A model generated the notes under the pieces. That model made no database searches and was not told where the DNA came from. It was given only the letters and a program-made list of their open reading frames with translations. From Terracidiphilus sp. (GTDB lineage Bacteria; Acidobacteriota; Terriglobia; Terriglobales; Acidobacteriaceae): 64,000 nucleotides of DNA. Numbering within the stretch: the stretch's first letter is position 1; the number at the start of each line of letters is the position of its first letter. The stretch is from positions 27,479 through 91,478 of the forward strand of contig DASXHC010000031.1 of assembly GCA_036488735.1 (NCBI GenBank), written 5' to 3'. The position numbers and the translations under genes were made by a program. Positions 56,880 to 64,000 of the stretch are shown one piece after another.

Positions 56880-57869
56880 CTACTTGTGCGCACCTACCAG
56901 CATCTGGCTTTCGATCCATTGGTAGGTTTTCGCCATGCCTTCCTTGAGGCGGATTGAAGGCTCCCAACCCATGAGTTGCAGGATCTTTGTGTTGTCGCTG
57001 TTGCGCCCGTTGACGCCTTTGGGTGCATCCAGCTTGTACTTGCGCTCCAGTTTGATGCCGGCGATCTCTTCCACGATGTCAACCAGTTGATTGATCGTGA
57101 CCAGTTCGTTGGAACCGAGATTGAGCGGTTCATGGATATCGCTCGCCATGATCATTTGCGTGCCCTGAGTGCAGTCGTCAATGTACATGAAACTGCGGGT
57201 CTGCTTGCCGTCGCCCCAGATTTCAATATCATGCTTGCCGGACATCTTCGCTTCCAACACTTTGCGAATCACGGCGGCGGGAGCCTTTTCGCGGCCGCCG
57301 GTCCAGGTGCCCAGCGGCCCGTACACGTTGTGATAGCGCGCCACCCGGCATTGCAGGCCGAAGTCCTCTTCGAAGTGGCGGCACATGCGCTCACTGAACA
57401 GCTTCTCCCAGCCGTATCCGTCCTCGGGCAGGGCGGGATAGGCATCTTCTTCTTTCAGGGCCACGACGTCGGCGCTCTTCTGCTTGTCGCCGTTATAGAC
57501 ACACGCCGAGGAGGAATAGAAAAATCGCTCCACTCCTTCTTCACGGGCAGCCATCAGCATGTGCGTATTGGTTAACACACTAAGCATGCACAGGGCCTTG
57601 TTGTTCTCGATAAAGCCCATCCCGCCCATATCGGCGGCGAGTTGAAAGACCACCTTCGCCCCCTTGGCGGCGGTATGACAGTTGTCCTTGTCTTTGAGAT
57701 CGAGGCTCAGGCTTTCCACATCGCGAGACACCTGGTACCACTCATCCAACGGCTTGATATCGATAGCGCGGACAACGTCGACTCCGTTCTTAAGAAGAGC
57801 TTGCACGAGATGCCCGCCTATAAATCCACCGGCGCCACAAACAACAGCTTTTTCATTTCTAAGGTTCAT
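56880..57869 (-). CDS. GDP-mannose 3,5-epimerase-like NAD-dependent epimerase (extended SDR)
   Basis: GAGGFIGGHL. ADMGGMGFIENN...RFFYSSSACVY...DGYGWEKLFSE...RYHNVYGPLGTWTGGREKAPAAVIRK closely follows the GME pattern as I recall it from plant GME. Confidence 0.75.
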   Translation of the reverse strand: MNLRNEKAVVCGAGGFIGGHLVQALLKNGVDVVRAIDIKPLDEWYQVSRDVESLSLDLKDKDNCHTAAKGAKVVFQLAADMGGMGFIENNKALCMLSVLTNTHMLMAAREEGVERFFYSSSACVYNGDKQKSADVVALKEEDAYPALPEDGYGWEKLFSERMCRHFEEDFGLQCRVARYHNVYGPLGTWTGGREKAPAAVIRKVLEAKMSGKHDIEIWGDGKQTRSFMYIDDCTQGTQMIMASDIHEPLNLGSNELVTINQLVDIVEEIAGIKLERKYKLDAPKGVNGRNSDNTKILQLMGWEPSIRLKEGMAKTYQWIESQMLVGAHK

Positions 57870-58233
57870 TGATTAGGCTCCTAAAGTCAGAACGGTGGTC
57901 GGCATTACCGACACATGAATGTGAGTAAGCGGTCCCTTCGAACCCAGGCTTCACGTTGGTATTTCAGTTTGAATTCCGGGCCGATCTGGGACGAACGTAT
58001 TTATCGCAATAGTATAAGACGGTCTGATGCCGGGGCGACGGAAAAGGTTGACGGCTGTTAAAAGTTCGCGCAAGAGTAACAGACTGCACCGGCCAGAAAG
58101 ACCAGCACAGTTATAATGAAGAGACCTTAGTTCAAAGCTGATCCACAGGCTCTCATACTTCATCGGCCCTTTATAAAATGCCGAGTCGAGTTTCAGCTCT
58201 GCCGCACGGAGCAAAAGGAGATATCACCACCGC

Positions 58234-59649
58234 ATGGTAAAGCCAGTTTCCATTTGTGTGATTGGATCGGGTTATGTCGGTCTCGTGGCTGCGGTTTGTT
58301 TCGCCGAGATGGGCCATCAGGTCACTTGCGTAGACAACGATGAAGCGAAGGTGAAGACCCTGCGTGAAGGCGGGGTCCCGATTTTCGAAGAGCATCTGCC
58401 TGAACTGCTGGGGAAGCACCTGGGCCGCGGCGTCGATTTCACCTCGGACCTGAGCGGAGCGGTGGAACGTAGCGAAGCAATCTTTATTGCAGTAGGCACG
58501 CCCCAGGGCGATACCGGCGCAGCCGACCTTTCGTATGTCGAGGCAGTTGTCTCTGAGATCGCGCGAGCGATCAAGAGTTACAAGGTGATCGTCGAGAAGA
58601 GCACGGTGCCGGTCTACACCAATGAGTGGATTCAGCGTGTGCTGCATCGGCGCGGCGTCGATCCGGACCACTTCGACGTCGTATCGAATCCTGAATTTCT
58701 GCGCGAAGGCACAGCAGTCGGCGACTTCCTGCACCCCGATCGCATCGTGGTCGGCGCCGGCACTGAGCGCGCATCAGACTTGCTGCGGCGCATCTACGCA
58801 CCTCTCACAGGCGGCAGCTATTATGACCGGGTCGATGCCCTTCCCGGCGCCTGCAATGCGGCTCATCCCGCGCAGTTGCTGGTGACTTCACAACAGAGCG
58901 CCGAGATCATCAAGCATGCCTCGAACGCCTTCCTGGCGCTGAAGATCTCGTTCATCAATGCGGTTGCCAATCTGGCTGAGAGCGTGGACGCGGACATCGA
59001 AGACATCGCCGCCGGAATCGGCCTGGATAGCCGCATCGGTCCGAAATTCCTGCGCGCCGGACTCGGGTACGGGGGCTCCTGCTTCCCCAAAGACGTAGCA
59101 GCGTTTCACTGGGTGGCGCAACAACAGGGTTTGAACTTCCAACTGCTCGAAGAAGTACGCCGCATCAACGACGCGCAGAAAGATGTCTTCTACAACAAGG
59201 TGCGCGCGGCGCTGTGGACTCTGCGCGGCAAGCGGCTCGCGGCCCTGGGACTGGCATTCAAATGCGATACGGATGACATTCGCGAATCGCCGGCATTGGA
59301 CGTGATACGCAGGCTGATTGAAGCGGGGGCGACTGTGACCGCCTACGATCCCGCCGCAACCGAGCGCGCCAAAGCAGTGCTGCCGCCGTCTGACCAGATG
59401 CGTTACGCCGCCAACGTGTACGAGGCCGCGAACGAAGCGGATGCAGTGCTGATTCTGACCGACTGGAAAGAGTTTGCCGAGATCGACTTGGTCGAGCTGA
59501 ATCGCGCCGTGCGTTTCCCCATCGTGATCGACGGACGTAATTTGTATAAGCCGCAGCACATGGCCGACCATGGCTTCACCTACGTCAGCATCGGCCGTCC
59601 GGCGAATTACACCGCACAACAAGGCAAGCCGCGCAAGCTCCTTCTGTAG
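58234..59649 (+). CDS. ugd: UDP-glucose 6-dehydrogenase
   Basis: ICVIGSGYVGLV, NPEFLREGTA and catalytic GYGGSCFPKD. 471 aa. Confidence 0.9.
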   Translation: MVKPVSICVIGSGYVGLVAAVCFAEMGHQVTCVDNDEAKVKTLREGGVPIFEEHLPELLGKHLGRGVDFTSDLSGAVERSEAIFIAVGTPQGDTGAADLSYVEAVVSEIARAIKSYKVIVEKSTVPVYTNEWIQRVLHRRGVDPDHFDVVSNPEFLREGTAVGDFLHPDRIVVGAGTERASDLLRRIYAPLTGGSYYDRVDALPGACNAAHPAQLLVTSQQSAEIIKHASNAFLALKISFINAVANLAESVDADIEDIAAGIGLDSRIGPKFLRAGLGYGGSCFPKDVAAFHWVAQQQGLNFQLLEEVRRINDAQKDVFYNKVRAALWTLRGKRLAALGLAFKCDTDDIRESPALDVIRRLIEAGATVTAYDPAATERAKAVLPPSDQMRYAANVYEAANEADAVLILTDWKEFAEIDLVELNRAVRFPIVIDGRNLYKPQHMADHGFTYVSIGRPANYTAQQGKPRKLLL

Positions 59650-59653
59650 ACAC

Positions 59654-59846
59654 GGTGAAGAAAGTGAAAGACCGAAGAAGTGAATGAATGGAAAGGCCCA
59701 ACGACCGGGGCTGCTCCAGGCTGCTTCGAAGGAAATCGGGATGCACAGCGAACGCTTTGCATCCCGATCACTTTAGATACGCGCACTTCACTCTTTCACT
59801 GCTTTACTTTTTCACTGCTTTACTTTTTCACTCCTTCACTGATTCT
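59654..59846. repeat. structured repeat-rich spacer between convergent ugd and GH31 genes
   Basis: Perfect 11-bp hairpin ATCGGGATGCA(59735-59745)/TGCATCCCGAT(59758-59768). Tandem 16-mer TCACTGCTTTACTTTT x2 at 59796-59827. The purine-rich GTGAAGAAAGTGAAAGACCGAAGAAGTGAATGAA on the left is loosely complementary to the TTCACT-rich right side. Confidence 0.6.
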
Positions 59847-62648
59847 CTACTTCCCTGCCTCGCTCACCTGTTTCTGTGCCTTGGCCATGGCATCGAGGCG
59901 ATGCTGCTTCTGCGCCTCCGCATCTTGCAGCTTGTTGTTGCCCATGTGTTTCAAGGCATCGTCGAGGCGCTGGGCAAACGTCTGGCCGATGGTCTCCACC
60001 GCGGACTGCGCTTGCGGCAGCACCTCGTGAAAGTGTGCAATCTCTTCAGTGGCCTTCTCCGGGTGATAGCCCAGCCGGTCGCCCGCCTGCATCGCATCCA
60101 CCAGGATGTCCGGTGGCGACGACACAGGCCAGGTCTGGTGCATGGCGTCGTAAGCGCCGCGCAGGCGGGTCATGGCGCCGGGAAAGCCGTCGAGTTCGCC
60201 GCGGCGCGCAGTAAGCCCCTCCGCCCGGCGCACTTCCACGGTCACCGCAGAATCAACCGCGGCAGCCGGTACCGGTATCACAGTCGTCAATGTATTGCCT
60301 TCAAAACTCCAGCCGCCCGCGCCCGTCGGTCCCGCCTTTTGAACCGGCGTTCCGTTGACTGTCACGGAAGAGGGCGGCCAATCCGCGGCCAGCCGCAGTT
60401 CATAGCCGCGCGCCTTCATCATGCCGGGATAGCTGCCTTCAACCGGTCCGATTTCAACCCGCAGTGTGTCGCCGGTTTGCGATGCCTTGATGGGCGTGCG
60501 CGCGAAGACCCCCTTTTCGTATTCGACGGCAACCCCCGAATCTTCGTAGACCGAGTAGCTCGAAGTCCCGCCAGGTTGCAGCGGCCACAGGTTGACGATA
60601 AGGGGATCGACCGGCTTTTCGCCCGTATGAGACATGGGCGGCTGCATGGGAACGATGGCGCCCGCCTTCACATAGACCGGCGTTTGCTCGATCGAAAAAC
60701 TGCGCTCGGCTGTGATGGGGCCGTTGAAGTGCTTGCCGGTAGGCCACTCGATCCACTGGCCTTCCGGGAGCCACACTTTCTCTGTCGCCAAGCCCGACAT
60801 CTTCTCCGCGGGTACGACCACGGGCGCCGCCAGCATCTGGTCGCCGAACAGGTACTCCCCTTTGCTGGTGTACGCCTCGTTCGTCTCCGGCCAATCGTAA
60901 TAGAGCGGCCGGAAGAAGGCGACGCCGCTGTCGTAGGTACGCCGCGCTTCGGTGTAGATGTAAGGCTGCAGCGCATAGCGAAGTTGGAACGTCGAACGCA
61001 GGATGGCCGAAAACGGCTCCGGGTAGGCCCAGATGCGGCGTTCCGAATCGGGGTTCTTGGTGGTGTGGGTGCGCAGGATCGGGCTGAAGGCGCCGAACTG
61101 GACCCAGCGCGTAAACAATTCCGGATCGACAGCGCCGGGCATGTGCCCGCCGATGTCGTGGCTCCAGTAGGCGTAGCCGACGTTCGCCGCGGTGGCCGTG
61201 AACCAGGGCTGGAAGGCCAGGGAGGACCACACCGAAACGCTGTCGCCCGAGAAGCCAATCTGGTAGCGGTGGTTGCCGAGGCCGCCCCAGCGATGGAACA
61301 GGAGGGGGCGGTGGCCTTCGCGTTCCTGATCCGTAAAGTGAACGTAATTCAGCCAGAAGGTCGGGCTGACGCCCGTCATCCTGGTGTTGGCTTCCTGTTG
61401 CCAGTCGAGCCACCAGAAGTCGATACCCTGCTTCTCCAAAGGGTGAAGAATCAGGTTCATGTAGTTGGTAGCGAATTTCTTGTCGGTCAGGTCGAAGGGA
61501 ATGTACTGCTTGCTGGCCGGATCGACACCCATGGCTCGCGCCATCTCCGGATAACGGTCTTCCCACGGCTGGATTCCGGAAGCGGGATGCAGGTTCAGAC
61601 TGGTCTTCAAAGAATCGGCGTGCAATTTGGCCAGGAATTGATCGGGATCCGGAAAGAGCAGCTTGTTCCAGCTATACCCGGTCCACCCCTTGGCGTGACC
61701 GCTGGCATCCATGGTGCCGAATTGCATGCCGAACGTGGGATGCCAGTCCATGTCGATGACGAAGACATCGAGCGGCACATCGTTTTCATGGAAGCCGCGA
61801 ATGATCTCTTCGATCTCCTGGTCGGAATAGGCCCAGTAGCGCGACCACCACGCGCCAAAAGCGAAGCGCGGCGGTAGCGGAATGCGGCCGGCCACACGCA
61901 CATAGTCGCCCAGAGCTTTGCGGTAGTCATGGCCGTATCCGAAGAAGTACCAATCCTGGCGCTCGCCGGCCGGGCGCTCCATCACCCACGGCCATGGACT
62001 TTTCTCGCCCTCTTTGAAACTGAAATCGGCGGAGTCAAATAGCGGGCGCGACGAGTCATCGACGATCGCCCATCCCGAGCGTGACACAAGCCCCTGTTCG
62101 ATCGGCTCCTTGGTCTTTTCACCCACCGCGCCGTCCAGGGTGCGGGTGGTTCCCTGCAAATTCTGATCGTCCGACTGACCTGGATGCCAGGTGACAGGCT
62201 TGCCATCAACGGTCAGTTCGATGGTCAGGTCTTCCGGCGTGAAGCGGCCATCTTTGCCGGGAGCGTAACTCAACGAAAGTGCGCTGGTCTTGAGTGTGAG
62301 CTTGTGACCGTGTTCCGTTTCTGAACGCGTGAATTTCGGGACCGGCATTTTGCGATTGAGAAAGACAAACGAGGCGTGGTCTTCAAACTTTCCATCCGCA
62401 GCCCATTCCATGCGGATCAGTTCGGGTGTGAGCACCGTGAAGCGTGCTTTTCCCATGACGACTACGGCTTTGGGATCGGCCACCGGGTCAGTGGCAGCTT
62501 CTCCTTGCGAAGGTTGGTCACTTGGGTTACTAACTGCCGCGGCCGGCGCCACTTCCGCGGCTCGCGCCGGCGGTTGCTGGCCCGCCATCCCCAATGTCCA
62601 TCCCACTACGGCTCCGATTACTGCAAAGTACTGCAAGGTATTTCGCAC
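59847..62648 (-). CDS. exported glycoside hydrolase family 31 (alpha-glucosidase/alpha-xylosidase type) with a C-terminal accessory region
   Basis: WWSRYWAYSDQEIEEII..F.ENDVPLDVFVIDMDWH and GIDFWWLDWQQE (nucleophile region). 933 aa. GTG start with signal peptide. Confidence 0.85.
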   Translation of the reverse strand: MRNTLQYFAVIGAVVGWTLGMAGQQPPARAAEVAPAAAVSNPSDQPSQGEAATDPVADPKAVVVMGKARFTVLTPELIRMEWAADGKFEDHASFVFLNRKMPVPKFTRSETEHGHKLTLKTSALSLSYAPGKDGRFTPEDLTIELTVDGKPVTWHPGQSDDQNLQGTTRTLDGAVGEKTKEPIEQGLVSRSGWAIVDDSSRPLFDSADFSFKEGEKSPWPWVMERPAGERQDWYFFGYGHDYRKALGDYVRVAGRIPLPPRFAFGAWWSRYWAYSDQEIEEIIRGFHENDVPLDVFVIDMDWHPTFGMQFGTMDASGHAKGWTGYSWNKLLFPDPDQFLAKLHADSLKTSLNLHPASGIQPWEDRYPEMARAMGVDPASKQYIPFDLTDKKFATNYMNLILHPLEKQGIDFWWLDWQQEANTRMTGVSPTFWLNYVHFTDQEREGHRPLLFHRWGGLGNHRYQIGFSGDSVSVWSSLAFQPWFTATAANVGYAYWSHDIGGHMPGAVDPELFTRWVQFGAFSPILRTHTTKNPDSERRIWAYPEPFSAILRSTFQLRYALQPYIYTEARRTYDSGVAFFRPLYYDWPETNEAYTSKGEYLFGDQMLAAPVVVPAEKMSGLATEKVWLPEGQWIEWPTGKHFNGPITAERSFSIEQTPVYVKAGAIVPMQPPMSHTGEKPVDPLIVNLWPLQPGGTSSYSVYEDSGVAVEYEKGVFARTPIKASQTGDTLRVEIGPVEGSYPGMMKARGYELRLAADWPPSSVTVNGTPVQKAGPTGAGGWSFEGNTLTTVIPVPAAAVDSAVTVEVRRAEGLTARRGELDGFPGAMTRLRGAYDAMHQTWPVSSPPDILVDAMQAGDRLGYHPEKATEEIAHFHEVLPQAQSAVETIGQTFAQRLDDALKHMGNNKLQDAEAQKQHRLDAMAKAQKQVSEAGK

Positions 62649-62754
62649 AGGTATTCTCCTGATTTTGGGTACTTCGGAAGGCTATCACTTGAGGCTGGGA
62701 CGAGGGAGTATCGCGCGTCGCACCGCGGCCGCGATGGGATAGTATGCTGCGGAA

Positions 62755-63798
62755 ATGACGATGCGCAATCCGGCCCGATCCAGCGACTCAATTCGGGGCA
62801 AGTCCCTGTTGAAGATGCCTTTTCCGCGACTTGCTTCGTTGGGTCTGGTTCTCATCGCCGCCACGGCATGTATCGCCCAGTCGTCGCACGATGCGGAGCC
62901 CGGTGCGCCGGGGCCAAAGCCCGCTGTTCCCCTGCCGCCCCTCGATGCGCACCCGGTGATCGCGTTGACTTTCGATGATCTGCCCGCCGCGGGGAGTCTC
63001 CCTCCCGGAGAGAACCGCACCAAAACAGCAACGGCGCTGGCCGCCGAATTGAAGGCCAATCATCTTGAGGGCACATACGGCTTCGTGAACGCCGCCAAGC
63101 TCCAGAACGATCCCGACGCGCAGCAGGCTTTGCGCGTATGGGTCGACGCGGGCATGAACATCGGTAGCCACACCTGGTCGCACATGTCGCTTACCGCGAA
63201 TTCCGCGGAAGCATTCGAGCGCGACATCGCGCAGAACGAACCTGCCCTGGCCGAGTTTGCCGGCCGCCGCGACTGGCATTGGTTCCGCTATCCGTTTCTG
63301 TGGGAAGGCGACACCCTCGACAAACGCCGCGCCGTGCGCAGTTATCTTCGCGAACATGGCTACCGTGTTGCCCAGGTTTCGCTGGACTTCGAAGACTATG
63401 CCTGGAACGATACTTATGGACGCTGCGTGGCCAGGCAGGATCAGGCCGCCCTCGCATGGCTCAAGCAGAGCTACCTCGCAACGGCCGTCGAGTACATCCG
63501 GCTGGGGCGCGAGGAGGAGCAGATCGCGTTCGGGCACGAGATACCCAACGTGATCCTGCTGCATGCCACTCCGTTTACCACGCTCATGCTGCCCGATTTG
63601 CTCAACCTGCTGCGTACGCAAGGCTTCCAGTTTGCATCTCTACCAGAGGTGGAGAAGGATGCGGCGTACGCGCTCGACCCCGATGCGGCTCTCAAATATG
63701 GCGGAACGCTTCCTGATCAATTCATGGACTCGCGTCACCTGCCGTATCCGGCGTTCATGCCGAAACCCTTCGACAAGTTGAAGAGTCTGTGTCAGTAG
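62755..63798 (+). CDS. exported polysaccharide deacetylase (CE4 / NodB homology domain)
   Basis: ALTFDDLP motif 1 and GSHTWSH motif 2. A signal peptide is clearer from the alternative ATG at 62815 (MPFPRLASLGLVLIAATACIAQ). Confidence 0.8.
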   Translation: MTMRNPARSSDSIRGKSLLKMPFPRLASLGLVLIAATACIAQSSHDAEPGAPGPKPAVPLPPLDAHPVIALTFDDLPAAGSLPPGENRTKTATALAAELKANHLEGTYGFVNAAKLQNDPDAQQALRVWVDAGMNIGSHTWSHMSLTANSAEAFERDIAQNEPALAEFAGRRDWHWFRYPFLWEGDTLDKRRAVRSYLREHGYRVAQVSLDFEDYAWNDTYGRCVARQDQAALAWLKQSYLATAVEYIRLGREEEQIAFGHEIPNVILLHATPFTTLMLPDLLNLLRTQGFQFASLPEVEKDAAYALDPDAALKYGGTLPDQFMDSRHLPYPAFMPKPFDKLKSLCQ

Positions 63799-63869
63799 CG
63801 GCGGTCGCATGCGGGATTGCCGTAAACCTCAGTCCCGCTTGCAGGATCGAACCGTACATCGGAGGAACC

Positions 63870-64000
63870 ATGAAATCAGATCGCCTGGTGATTGGATCTG
63901 TCGTTTTTCTGGCAGCCGGATTGGGGCTCATCTTCTATTTCTGCCACGGCTCTACGGCTTTCAATCTCGCCTATCCCGTCTCCGGCACAAGCATCCATTT
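63870..64000 (+). CDS. 5' end of a membrane protein (truncated by the window edge)
   Basis: The ATG at 63870 follows GGAGGA. MKSDRLVIGSVVFLAAGLGLIFYF... is hydrophobic. Confidence 0.4.
   Translation, partial: MKSDRLVIGSVVFLAAGLGLIFYFCHGSTAFNLAYPVSGTSIH

Noticed and set aside
59688-61877. 729-aa plus-strand ORF
   Set aside because: It is antisense to the GH31 gene, whose motifs are unambiguous. Its composition is Arg/Gly/Ala/Pro-biased with no domain signature.
63795-63870. tRNA-like GGTTCGATCC word on the minus strand (revcomp of GCAGGATCGAACC)
   Set aside because: The flanks cannot form a T-stem, acceptor stem or anticodon arm of the right geometry. It lies in the 5' leader of the last gene.

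Overview
This is a GC-rich bacterial chromosomal segment. GC content is judged by eye, and it explains the many long spurious antisense ORFs in the track. The gene content looks Acidobacteriota-like: a carboxypeptidase-regulatory-domain TonB receptor, a Kelch surface protein with a PEP-CTERM-like tail, many exported hypothetical proteins and REP-like intergenic elements. That taxonomic call is an inference. I support about 55 protein-coding genes. I saw no rRNA, tRNA, CRISPR array, transposase or integrase.

Housekeeping blocks:
- nrdR and an isocitrate-dehydrogenase-family gene
- asd-lysC-dapB-folK
- tgt
- mmsA
- dnaB
- gcvH-gcvPA-gcvPB
- rlpA
- Carbohydrate genes: GH127, GH31, a CE4 deacetylase, UDP-glucose dehydrogenase and GDP-mannose 3,5-epimerase
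- Proteases: an M48 peptidase, an exported TldD/PmbA pair and an M29 aminopeptidase

The most interesting locus is 49.0-56.8 kb on the minus strand. It holds the nickel-pincer-cofactor maturation genes larE-larC-larB with no LarA in the window. They run straight into a NapH/NapG-like membrane polyferredoxin, a lipoprotein and two Tat-signal DUF362 paralogues. I propose this is an undescribed periplasmic redox or isomerase module that uses the Lar cofactor. This is a hypothesis, not a demonstration.

Other notable items:
- A Tes/GDGT-MAS-like radical SAM enzyme, a candidate membrane-spanning lipid synthase.
- A bipartite RNA element found in two unrelated operons that can pair with the downstream Shine-Dalgarno sequence.
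- A frameshifted Kelch surface protein with an odd C-terminal double-hydrophobic tail.
- A translationally coupled Zn-ribbon/sigma-region-4-only gene pair, divergent from an XRE repressor whose S24 domain has lost its Ser/Lys dyad.
- A REP-dense mini-island carrying an orphan gene.

The ORF track prints M for GTG/TTG first codons. Where I moved a start, I say why.
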